DNA from: Vicugna vicugna
Lineage: Eukaryota
NCBI GenBank assembly: GCA_013265495.1
Contig: MU058000.1
Span: 1,984,001 to 2,048,000 of the forward strand
Length of the DNA: 64,000 nt
Reading direction: 5' to 3'
Shown here: positions 52,545-64,000 of the stretch, one piece after another
Position numbering within the stretch: the stretch's first letter is position 1
Layout: the number at the start of each line of letters is the position of its first letter
The notes under the pieces: model-generated
The model's database searches: none
What the model was told of the DNA's origin: nothing
What the model saw: only the letters and a program-made list of their open reading frames with translations
Translations under genes and position numbers: made by a program

Positions 52545-52790
52545 CTTAAATTTATTACTAAGCTATGTACCAGGCATGAATCTAAAGGTCTTACACATAC
52601 TATTTTATTTTTATCTTTGCAACACATGCTTTTTTTTTAAAATTTGTCTCCATATTACTAAGAAAACTAAGTTACAGAAAGATGAAGTAACTTGTCTTTA
52701 GGCACAAAGTTATTAACTGGTATAGACAGAAATGAAATTCACGTGATATCACAACAGAACTGAAACTTTATGCCAGAAGTGGTGTACTAC
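52545..52790 (-). mobile_element. MIR
   Basis: ctatgtaccaggcatg...aagaaaactaagttacagaaagatgaagtaacttgtctttaggcacaaagttattaactgg. Confidence 0.75.
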
Positions 52791-54749
52791 CTTCTTGAAA
52801 TATAAAAGTTCTGGTTTGTTTTAAAGTGTTGTGTTGACACATTGATTGTGACCACATTTGAAACATTTACAAGATGGGTGATTCGTCTTATATTATAAAT
52901 TTAAACATAGTCTAATAGCTCTCACTGTTATCAATTGTGCATGATAATTTGTTGTATATTAATTTTATGTAAGATGCATGAGCATTTTTGTTTGAAAATC
53001 CTGAATATCTTCATATATTAACACCATTTTACATTTTGTTTTTATATTTCCATGTCAAATTTGTGTGGTTTAAGATAAAATAATACATAATATTTAAATT
53101 TAAAAACTCTTGATTATAGTGGTGACTATAGAATGCTTAGTTATTTCTGAAAACAAGGATAGATTTTAATAAAAATTACTAGAATGGATATAGCAAAAAA
53201 TTTTTTGTCACTGTGTCCACATTTCCAAGGTCACCCTCCCTGATGTTATGGTTTTAATTGTCTTTATGTTCATATTACTAGATGTGATGGATTAAGAAAA
53301 TAAATCATAGTTATGCTTTAAGTTTGAGAGTATGTACAAAAGTTGCTTATATTTAGTATTACTAACGTGAAAATATATATTCAGTATGGTTAACATTTAA
53401 TATACAGAACTGCACCTCTGAAGTATGAATATTTTACGATATTTTTAAAATGTTTGAATAGTAATTTATATTTCAACTGACGTTAAATGTTTGGTAGGAG
53501 CAATATAATCCATTTCTGGAGCAATAACGTAACCTGTGCTCTGAAGACAATGCTCATGCTTTCTTCTCTGTATCTTTAATAATATTTTCTAACTAATTTC
53601 CTTGTCTCTAGTTCTTCTGAATTTCTCTGCTGACAAACTGATTTTCTTAAAATGTAAGAATAATCTTAAATGTGTTATTAAAATCATCCACTGACAAAAA
53701 AGTAGGATTTCAATTTTCTTGCATGACTTTCAATGTTTCTGCAACTGGACAATAACTACCTGATATTCAAATCATTCAGGATTGTTTTCTTTCTCTAAAT
53801 CAACTTATTTATCTGATCCCTTTGTGCTTTGCTCCTGTTGTTCCTTTAGCCTGACATATGCTTTACTCTTCAGTCTGCTAATATCTTTTATCTTCAAGTT
53901 CTACAACATTGAAATTGGGAAGATACCTACCTAGTTAAAATTAGGTGTTTGGGCTTCCTCTGATGTTTTTATATTTCTTCATTGAGGGTGATTTTCTTTT
54001 CTGTCTTATTGACCTAGGATATTGTTTAAATGATCACTTTTTACCTTTGAAAGTAGGAAAATATTTAATCTGACATCCAAGACAGGTAACTTACCACAGT
54101 GCCTTCAAAAATTAAGTTTTTTTTTTTATTGTACTGAATGATGGAATCTCATTTATTAATTTTGTCTCAGGATTTTATGTGAATAGCATGGCATATACTA
54201 TTTTCTAAAGAATGTCTAATCCTAAAAGATTTTTAAATGTACTATGAAAAAAGATATTAAGACTAAAATGGATTATTTAAGTTGGATAAAACATGAGAGA
54301 AACTAAAACACAGTTTCTAAAGTAAATATAGAAGGAAAAATCATGAAATACTTTAAAATAAATATCTTAATGTGAGAAATAGAATGTGGAAAGTTTCAGA
54401 ATGTATTATAATTCTAGTAAAGAAGGCCAAAAGTTAGAATACTTACTTTTAGGACAAATAAAAAAACAGTACTACTATGCTAAAGAAATAAGCATGTAGC
54501 ATAGATGACATTGCAGCTAGAATATGTGCAAGTTCTAGAAAGATTTAGACAAAAGTTATGGATCATGAATTCATGAGTATTCAGAAAATTTAGAAATTAA
54601 ATAAGAAAGTGTATTTTAAATAATTTTGATGATATTAAGGATATGTACAAAAGTAATGTATCACTGAAAGAAGCCATAATAATAGTATTGGTATTAGTAT
54701 ATAGAAATTAAATCCAAATTTCTAGTAATCAGTATCATAAATGGGGTAA

Positions 54750-56005
54750 CTTTCAGGGACCCCAAAACAATGGCAACAGAATAAGTCCATGCTTCCCAAT
54801 ATTCTTCAAAAATAAAACAGAATATCAGAAAAACACACAGAACTACCCCCAAAAATGCTTTCAGCATAACTAGAAAACAAGAAATGTCCAAACTTTAAGT
54901 TGTCTGCACATTAAAAAAATAAATAAAAAGGAAAACCAAATGAAAAAATAAAAAGAAAACATCAAATCCCATCAAGCAGCCTCGCACACTCTCGGAACCG
55001 CTGTTGTTGTGAACAAGGGAGTTTTTGGCAGATGGAAGGGAATGTATAAATAGGTGTCATTTTGAAATTAAATAGTTAAAAGTAAAAGAAGAAAATATGG
55101 AAATTTTAGGACACTGGAAAGAAATTTTTTAAAAGAACAAAAGAAAATGGAGTAAATGAAACTCCTCTCTCCAGTACCAATTAAAGTAACATCAGCTAAA
55201 CAAACGGGACTTTCCTGTACTGACAGAAAAGAGTATTACTGACTTAAGAATCTTTTGTTGAAACTTAAGACCACAGAATGAATAGATGAAAACTAAATAA
55301 CAGAAAACAAAACAAAACAAGACAAAACAAAAAAAAACCTTAAAAGAAATCAGAAAATAAGGAATGATACACATTAGCTGATAAAGTTCACCAACCCAAA
55401 CTGAATTAAATTTACTCAAACTTATTTAATATACTAAAAAAGTGTTTAGGGAAATTAGAAACCTTTTTTAATTACAAATTCAAAAGTTGAAAAAACAAAT
55501 TAAAAAAAATGATTTAATAAAGGTTAGTTAGAAGAAAAGAACATAATCATCTCCAATATGAAGAATAAATTATAGGACACCCAATAATAGACTAAACAGT
55601 AGAAGAGATTAAAATGAAAATTATTTAATAAGAGACACTGAAGAAAGTTAAACATGCAGCCATGAAAATAAAATGAGATAGAAAAGGAAGTGAAACAAGT
55701 CAGAGATAAAGTGGCCAAAATAGAAGGCTAATTAATTAATTATAACAACATGCATACTTAGAGGCCCTGAAAAAGAAAAACAAAACAATGAAACAGAATT
55801 GTTTTTTAAATCTGTAATCTGAGACCATTTTCCAGATAGTGGAGGTACTGAGTGAACCATACTGAAAGGGCATGTAAATGTGAAAATTTAACCAAGAGAG
55901 ATCAACTCTAACAAATACGTTAATAAAATTATTTAATTTCAACAATAAAATGAAAGTGTTCAAGCGTTCTGGGCAAAATATCTAATAACTTACAGGGACG
56001 AAGCT
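54750..56005 (+). mobile_element. HAL1/ancient L1 5' region and ORF1 relic
   Basis: Very A-rich sense strand; caaaacaatggcaac start-like motif; actgaaagggcatg...agagatcaactctaacaaatacgttaataaaattatttaatttcaacaataaa resembles the ORF1 RRM/CTD region. Confidence 0.6.
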
Positions 56006-56027
56006 ATTCGAATGTCACCTGTAACCA

Positions 56028-56230
56028 GTGAGCTCACCTAACTCCAGGATTTTGTCCTCTAAATGTCCATTCTCCATAAAAAAAAAAAAAAAAAAAACGG
56101 GGCTCCTGGAGAAATGGCTGACTTTGCTGGGGAAAACAAAGTACAGAATGAGCCTGGATGATCCTGTAGTTCCAGAAAAGAAAGAACTGCTCAAAAAATA
56201 GTGGGTAAGTGTCAAAGAGACATACGAAAT
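56028..56230 (+). mobile_element. L1MC3/4-like 3' UTR fragment
   Basis: ccattctccataaaa...ggggctcctggagaaatggctga...gaatgagcctggatgatcctgtagttccagaaa. Confidence 0.75.
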
Positions 56231-56231
56231 G

Positions 56232-56550
56232 CTTTTGCTTCTGGCCAGTGGAAGTATCAAGCAACTGGATTTAACTTCCTATGTTAAACAATAATAACAA
56301 AACATAATCTATGAAATAATGTTTTCAGGACATTAGACATGAGGAAATGAATGACAGTGACCCTGGATAGATGGGAAACGAGGTGAGTACTACAATTGCT
56401 CCAGCTTACTACCTTGAGATAATTTCCAGGGCATGGCTGAGGGAGAGAAACCTAGACACAGCTCACCATCCTCCTAGAGTTAAGGATATGCTGCTTACTG
56501 TCTAGGGCAGTTAAGATGGCTAGAGTTTACAGGACAGAGTATTGCTGATG
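56232..56550 (+). mobile_element. Old L1 5' UTR fragment (L1MC/MD-like)
   Basis: ttttcaggacattagacatgagg...gacagtgaccctggatagatgggaaacgaggtgag...ccagcttactaccttgag. Confidence 0.6.
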
Positions 56551-56569
56551 GATCTGTTTGAGGGTTAGG

Positions 56570-57322
56570 AATTCAATGTGCCGGCAGTATACAGTGCTCC
56601 CTAGCTTTGTCTTTCTGCTGAGTTCTCCTCTGGTCTTTGCTCTTCTTCATGGTCTCACGTTCAGCCAAGGGTGTGTGGATAGCACTCCCCAGTGTATCCC
56701 AAGGGTGTGTGCAACCTTGCTTATGACCACAGTCACCCAGACCACTACAGTTACAGTTGTACGTGAGCTTTTCAAAGTACACCGTGCCTGTCTCATTCCC
56801 CAGAATTCCCTGATCAACTTTGAACTAATTTGCCAGTTTCCTGCTTTTCCCAGTCAAGATTGCAATCTGAGGTTACCTGCAGCATTGGCCTTTTCCATTC
56901 ATTTTCCATTTGTATTGCTTTGGTTTCTAATACCCAGGGGCATGGAGTTTTTCTGCACCACTCTGATTTCAAACAGCTCCTTCCTACAACAAACTCTGGT
57001 TTTCAACCACTACCTTGCCAACGTGGAGGTTGGTAGGGAGGGTTAAGGGAGAGTGTGGAATAGCCATAGGCTAAAACTTTACAGACTCTCACCATTCTTA
57101 ACTGCATTTCAGTCATTTGTCTCGAATAAATGCTTCTCAATTTGTTGTTTGCCTCCAGACCTGTGTTTTATAATTTCATTGCTTTGTGAAGAGGGTCATT
57201 TGTGTGTGTGTTTCTCTCTCTTATATTATGTAATTCTTTTTATCAGAGTCACTATTCTCTATTTCCAGATTGATTGGCTGAGAAGGTCACAGAGAACCTC
57301 CCTGGCTGCCATTTTCAGTCAG
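56570..57322 (-). mobile_element. Old L1 5' UTR fragment, antisense
   Basis: Ends ...ctccctggctgccattttcagtc (reverse of an aaaatggcagcc L1 start); tcatttgtctcgaataaatgcttctcaatttgttg. Confidence 0.55.
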
Positions 57323-58679
57323 CATTCATAATAAAATAATGCTGGGAAAACCTGAGATTCCCTTAATTAGGAGACATCCAACCATCAAGTTATTTATAAT
57401 AAAGGCTTTATGTGTACAGATTGAGAGGCATCCTATTAACCTATATAGGTGGTTGTTTTTTAAGTCCCAGCTCAGCTCCAAAAATTGTGTGTGGCATAGG
57501 CCATTCACTTTTTATCTCCAAATCTCAATTTCCTCATATAGAATAAGGGTATTTGCCCCGACCTTTTGAAAGTTTCTTTCATTTCAGAAATTCTGTGGTC
57601 CTGTGAGAAAATAGCTAGGATATCAATTTCACAAGCAATATCTGGGGAGACTAAAATAAATGTGACTAATTATGGAACTGTCCCTAACCTAGGGAGGCAG
57701 TAAATTGAGTTGAATACTTATTGCTATATGTGAATATTAATATTGCAATCAATGTTTAATTTGAGATATATGTTGTTATACATAACTAGCCTTAGATGTC
57801 AATCACAAAGAAGGCTGTACTTGCCAAGAATCTTTTTATTCAAGATATTTTAAAAGAAGTGGGAGACTGTGTGGAAAGATCCTGGGATTATATGTTAGAT
57901 GTAATGACATTGAACTGGCAGGAGCAAGGCTAATGTATCTTTTGGATGTCGAAACTCAGTGCTCCCCAGACTGAATATTATGAGCCTTGAATATCATTAA
58001 GTTGAACAATTTTCCTTCAAAATTTTTCTTAAATGAATTTAATTTTCTTAATTAAAGGGACTAAGTAGACAATCATATGATGGCAAAGAGGTCAAATTCT
58101 TTCTCCATTTTAAGAAGTATAAACCTAGTCAAATTGAATGATTTATTATAAAGGAAATTAAATTCAATTACTCATTTGAGGAAACTGCAAAGATTGTCTT
58201 TGATATCTGTAGGCACTCTTAAATACTGGCACTTGATACAGAAATTGCCCTAGCATTGGTCTCTGGACTGTGACACCGTGTGATACATGATCGTGATTTT
58301 TGTTAGATGCCTAAGACTGGAAAGAGGTCAAAGCTTCCTAAGTCAGACTCCAAGGTGGTTATGTTGAGAAATAAATAATATTTACATGTATTTATATTCT
58401 CCATTAATTCTCCAAGCACTGCTTTCCATAATAAAGAGGAAACATGTTATGGTATAAAAATGTAACATAAGCATAAAATACACAAAAGATCAATGTAAGT
58501 CGATGGATAAAGCAAACAGATAACTTAACAAGCTTTTTCAGTAGATGCAATTATTATTTGGGTTCCTAACACATATTTAGTATTGGGCAAGTTTCTACAT
58601 ACCGTTGATAAGAAGTAAATAATGCAATGTTAAACTATTTATAATTTTGTTCAAGTCAATTTAGGATTGTTTAGTTTGT

Positions 58680-58850
58680 GTTTTCTATCCATTGATTTTA
58701 GTGTGTATATTAATTATCTGAGGATTTGTTAAAATGCAATTCTAATTTAGTAGATCTGGGGTAGGTTCTCAGATGTAGCATTTCCAGCAAGCCTCCAGGT
58801 GATACTAATGCTGTTTGTTCCGCAAACCAGACTTTGAGGAACAAAAGCTA
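58680..58850. mobile_element. MER5A-like hAT-Charlie element
   Basis: ttatctgaggatttgttaaaatgcaattctaatttagtagatctggggtagg...gcatttccagcaagcctccaggtgatactaatgctg...gactttgaggaacaa. Confidence 0.85.
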
Positions 58851-60773
58851 AAGAACGGCAAAGACAAAATTTCTCAAGTGGTCAGTGTTAGAATACACGA
58901 ATTGATGATCATATCTGTGTGGAAATTTTCTCTCCTCCACCATATTCTTAATGAATGATTGTTTTAGTGAGACAAGAAAGGAAACAATTAGCAATAAATT
59001 AGCCTTCCATATACTTTAATTTTTTATTGCTCAATGTTAGTATGTGGCCTTTCCATCTGAAAATGCATTTTACTTTCTTATTGTATTATATATGTATTTT
59101 TTATTTTCCGAATAACTAACCTACTGTTTTATAAATAAGCATTCTTTGAAAAGGTTGAATACCAACCAGATGCAGAGGCGTTCCCTTTGCCAAAACAGGC
59201 ATGAGAAATCTAACTTAGATCTAGAAATGTTGGAAGGGAAATTAAGTAAGCCAAGTTCAAAGTTATTTTTGTGCCAAAAATAAATCAATCTAGTCATTAA
59301 GAATAAATCATCAAGAAAATTTAAAAATACAGCATTTTTCTGATTTGAAATTAAAAAGCTTTAAAGATATTGGCCACATATCCCCTTTAATGTTTGTCAC
59401 ATTAGTTTCTTATATTAAGATTGGCGTTTCTGTTGAGCACTACTTTGTCTTTGCTTGGACAGCTTTTTTTCTTCTACTCTTGAGAACATTTTAATAATCA
59501 TCTGAATCCAGTCAGTATTGGCTTTCACCTTTAACTCCCACCTCTTCTCTTCCCTGCTTTCTGGCTTGGGCACTTGCCTACAGTGTTCCAAATCCTATAT
59601 ATCACCAGGCCATCCATGAACACACTCTCCTCTTAGATTTCATCTTGGTATGAAATATTAGGATAGCAGAGACACTGAAGAAAAGAAAAAAGTCAAATGA
59701 AAATCAAAACTTCATTAGAGTTAGTTGTCTCTGGGGATTGATAATCACTTCAAAATTTGTAATCATTGCAAATCACTAAAGATGTTACTCTTAAACAAGT
59801 TGATTATAAACAACAGGAAGTCATGGGGCAGCTTCCCTAATGAATGAGTTCACCTTATCTCCCAGCCAACCGCAAGTCAGAGGAGCTGTGGGCACGGCAT
59901 CACTTTCCCGACTGATTTAAAGGCTGACTTTATACTTAATCCCCCCTGAAAGATTTCAGTAAGAGAAGCAGGGGGAGGGCTTTAGAATGCAAAATATCAC
60001 AGTATGGAGTTGAGTAATGGGTACTGAGAGAAACAGATCTTCTTTGGGAAAAAGGTAGAGGACAATTGTTTGAAAATAAATACAGTTTTACAACATTCAA
60101 TACTGACATTACTTATGTTTTCAATGGCATCCCACTAATTCAGATGCATGCAGTAAAAATGTTTGCCCTCCAATATGCAAGATGAAGGACACGTGAGGAA
60201 AATGTTAAGCCAGAGGATAAGACACTCAGGTCAGAAGGGAAGAAAACCTTATATTGGGATGGAAATTTGTTCCCGCAGGCAAAGGAACATTTTTCGTTGT
60301 TTATACAGATCTAACAAGGCATTGAAATGCATGGTTATATGAAAACTTTGCTTGGTTAATAAAGTTGTAACACATACTAATAAAGGGGCATATACAGAGA
60401 GAAATTATTCTGTGAATCATCAAAAAACATAATGCTATTATATTTTTTAAATGGAAACAGAAGAGCAAGAATTGAGATTGGAGTGAGCAATTTGTGTTAC
60501 TGTTTATGCAATAAATGACAAGGGTTATAAGAAAAAAAATGTAACTGATATTTCAGGCAAAAGCAATGTGCTTTCTTCCTCTAAGCCAAAAGTCCACATG
60601 GAGGTTAGGCCAATCTGACAGAATTAGGTGGTCAGCAACTGGCTTGACTCAAATGTCTGCAGGGTCATTCAGGAAACATTAACCAGTAAAGCGGCCCAAA
60701 TATGGGAAGGCTTTGTTCACATATGAAAATATCTGCATGGATGTTATTCACTTCTATACTACTCATTGTCTTT

Positions 60774-61405
60774 TGGGAGTAGGCAGAATTCTGATTTGGT
60801 GCACAATATTCCCACCTTTGCACATGTCCTGTATAATCTCCTCCACTTGAGTGTGGGCAGAGCTGTGAATATGATGGATTTCATATACGTTATTAGACTA
60901 CATTTTATGTCATAGTGAAGAGATTTTGCAGGTGTAATTTTGGTCCTAATTCAATTGACTTTAAATTATTCAAAACTGAGATGATCTAGGTGGGCCATTC
61001 CTAATCAGTTGAGCCCTTTGACAAGACTAGCCTCTTCTTAAACTCAGAGACATTTGAAACATGAAAGAAATTCTCCTGCTGGCTTTGAAAAAAACAAATA
61101 AGTTGTGAGAGGGTCTATAGAAGAAGTTATGTGGCAAGGACCTGTGAGCAGTATCTTGGAGCTGAGAGTGGCCCCCAACCAACAACAAACAAGCAAAATG
61201 GAACTTCTGTCCTACAACTGCAAAGGATCAAATTCTGCCAGCAAACTAAATGAGCATCATGAGAACACTGAGCCTCAGATGAGATCCTATCCCAGCCAGC
61301 ATATTGATTCAGCCCTGTGAGTCCCTGAGCAAGAACCCAGCTAACACAAGCCAGACTCCTGACCTCCACAACCTATGAGATAACAAATGGGTCCTTTTTT
61401 AAGCT
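60774..61405 (+). mobile_element. MLT1E-like MaLR LTR, 3' end missing
   Basis: gtaggcagaattct...cttgagtgtgggcag...gattttgcaggtgtaatt...gtcctacaactgcaaagga...aattctgccagcaaac...ctgagcaagaacccagcta. Confidence 0.9.
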
Positions 61406-62186
61406 TCAAAATAGTACCATCATTTTGGAAGACAGTTTAGCAGTGTCTTAAAAGCTGGATGTAGTCTTATCATACAGTCTGGCAACTGTGCTCCTTCATG
61501 TTTACCTAATTATTTAGAAATTTGTGTCCGCACAAAAGCTTATATACAAATGTTCATAGCATATTTATCCATAATTGCTAAAAAGTGGAAGCAACGAACA
61601 AGTTCTTCCATGGGCGAATGAATAAACAAACTGTGGTGCATCCGTATGTGATAGACCATTATTCAACAATAAGAAGAAACAAGCCATGAAAAGATATGAA
61701 GGAAATTTAAGTGCATATTCCTTAATGAAAGAAGACAATCTGAAGTCTAAATAATGTATGAATCCAAATACATGCAATTTGGGGGAAAAATAACAGTCTA
61801 GAGATAGTAAAAAGATCAGTGGTCGTCAGGGGAGGGGAGGAGAGTTGAAGAGGTGAAGTGCGATGGATTCTTAGGATTGTGAAACTATTCTGTGTTACTG
61901 TAATGACAGAAACATGACATTGTGCATTTGTTAAAACTTAGAAACATAGGCCTGAAGAATACAAAAAAGAACCTTAACTTAACCTCTAGATGTTAGGTAA
62001 TAATATTATCTAAATATTGATTCACCTGTTGTAATAAATGTTCCACACCAATGCAACATATTAATAATAGGGGAAATTTTGTACATAAGGAGGGGTTTTT
62101 GAGAACTGTAATTTCTGTACTACCTGCTCATTTTTTTTCTGTATAATCTAAAACTGTTCTAAAAACAGAGTCTATTCATTTTAAAT
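61406..62186 (+). mobile_element. L1MC1/2-like 3' end
   Basis: ttttggaagacagtttagcagt...gccatgaaaagatatgaaggaaatttaagtgcatatt...gagatagtaaaaagatcagtggt...tctaaaactgttctaaaaa. Confidence 0.9.
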
Positions 62187-63289
62187 GAAAAGTAGCATCT
62201 CAAATATAACTGAATTTTGAGTACGTGGCAAACTTTCTCTAAAGAGGGTTTCGGCTACTCATCTTTGGGATTTTTGCCATACAGGAAAATGAGACCAATA
62301 TCTCAAGATAGTCTTATTTCTCAGGAAAAGCAAGAAACAATGGATTTCTAAGTACAATATTCTGATTTTGAAAAGTTGGAAATAAATTCAATTAAAAGTT
62401 TTAAAAGCATTATTTTGGAGCTAGATTCAGATCCAAACCAAATAACTTCTACCTTTGATTGTAGAAAATTCACTGGTTTGTAAAATGGCAGAAAAATTAA
62501 CAAATGACTGTGGCAGATTTCATTTTGTTTGGTGCTTTCTATAAGTGAAAATTCAGTAGTAAAATAAATCAACATATTGTGTGTCAGTGTCTTGTCTTAC
62601 ACAAGCCAATTCTCTGTAAAGTGACCACCTTTGAAACAGTGATCCAAGAATGCTGTCTGGGTATTTTTGCGGGGAGAGGCGGGGGGGAAGGATTGTTCAA
62701 AAAATCTAATTTAGTGGTAATGAGCCTCTTCCCTGAGTGTAAGAAGTGCCCTTCCTCTCACAAGTGACAGATTATATAATTAAAAAGGATATGTCGTAGC
62801 TGTGTTAGCCAAATGATGGGTATAGTACAGACTACGGAGATATTTCCTGAATGTGCTGTGGCATTTAAATCCCTCATTGTGCACCATTGCATGTGTTAAG
62901 CAATAGTACTATAGTGTGGCCTTACTCTGCTATTGTATTTTTCTGGCTACAGAACTAATAAAAGAGAAGTCCAGTTTGAATTAATGAAGAATCCAAATTT
63001 CAGACTATTTTCAAGTAAATGAAATTTTACTTCCAAGTACAAAAAGGAATTGCAAGCAGTAAAGCAAAGCAGTGCATAAGTGAGATTCTTAGCCCATTAG
63101 CTGTGGTGGACAGCTGAACATGAATCATAGGAAGCCATGCACTGACATTTGTCAGTTATAATAGATGATTCTTAAATTTTAAAAATATATGGTACTTGTT
63201 TGCACCTTAAATATGTACTTATGTAAATACAAGTAATTCTAAATTAATAAACCCCTTAACAGCAATCTTAAAAATGCTTATAATTTGAT

Positions 63290-63740
63290 ATCTAAACAAA
63301 TGTTTACTGAACACTTACTGTGAAAAATAATTGGGTGAGATTTTTTGGTAATGTGACATAAGACTTGGTACCTTTTATTAAGGAACTTACATTTTACAAA
63401 AGGAACAGGTATGTGCACAGTTATGTCAGGACAGAAGATGAGGAGGAAACATGCTTCGGGGACCCCAAAGGTGGAGGGACTCGTTCTAAAGGGAGTTGTG
63501 GGAGAAGGCTTTCTCAGGAAGAGTCAACATTTGAGATTCAGTAAAAATGGGTGGGCACCTGGGAAGTAAACACATGTAACACATGAGACGGGGAGAACAC
63601 AAATAATGATACAGAGTTTGGAAAATACAGACAAAGTCTGTGTCCTAGACAGATAATGTGTCTGGTGAAGGCAAGAAGATGCAATCAGAGAGGACACTGG
63701 AATTTATGTTGTTTCAAGGTAGCCCTCTGTTATAAAATAA
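63290..63740 (-). mobile_element. L2 3' region
   Basis: aacaaatgtttactgaacacttactgtg...ataagacttggtacctt...aaggaacttacatt...gaaggctttctcaggaag. Confidence 0.7.
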
Positions 63741-64000
63741 AGTCCAATTCTTTAGCATAAAATTATAGTGTCATTCCTGATACCTACCAGATCTTGGGCA
63801 TTTAGTGTAAAAAATATATCTAGGTCTCAGTTTCAGGGATACAAGTGAACTACAGGTTACATGTTCTTATATGACCTTTATATGTCTCATCTTCCCAATT
63901 ACATTATATTTTTCTCTGTCCCTTTATAGCAGTTATCTCAAGCTTTTATTCCTTGCCATTCATTTGATTTTTCATCATGTCTAATTAGTTCTTTGTTTTT

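Noticed and set aside
56558..57046. Longest ORF (162 aa) as a gene or L1 ORF0-like product
   Set aside because: Starts at TTG, lies antisense in a decayed L1 5' UTR, and has no recognisable domain or splice structure

Overview
AT-rich, CpG-depleted eutherian mammalian non-coding DNA (intergenic or deep intronic). I find no supportable host protein-coding exon, RNA gene, CpG island or CRISPR array. The ORF track is chance short ORFs plus decayed LINE-1 ORF2 pieces. Roughly half of the window is recognisable transposon relics: LINE-1 of several ages, HAL1-like ORF1 relics, L2, MIR, ERVL/MaLR solo LTRs (MLT1, MLT2, LTR16-like), an internally deleted Tigger1, MER5-type hAT elements and microsatellites. 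The young L1 3' UTRs look cetartiodactyl, and I see no ruminant, pig, cetacean, primate or rodent SINEs, so a camelid is the best guess (inference). The most interesting signals are structural: (1) an apparently perfect 529-bp tandem duplication; (2) an old ~0.6-kb inversion that split an L1 at a (TG)n tract and left a 105-bp inverted duplication; (3) a TSD-flanked L1 that appears to carry a 3'-transduced MIR-like tail with its own ATTAAA; (4) a twin-primed, 5'-inverted mini-L1; (5) an imperfect ~63-nt hairpin in unique DNA; (6) several repeat-poor blocks that may be conserved regulatory elements. I found no convincing new biological system. Repeat family names come from recalled consensus similarity, not a database search, and boundaries of old repeats are approximate.
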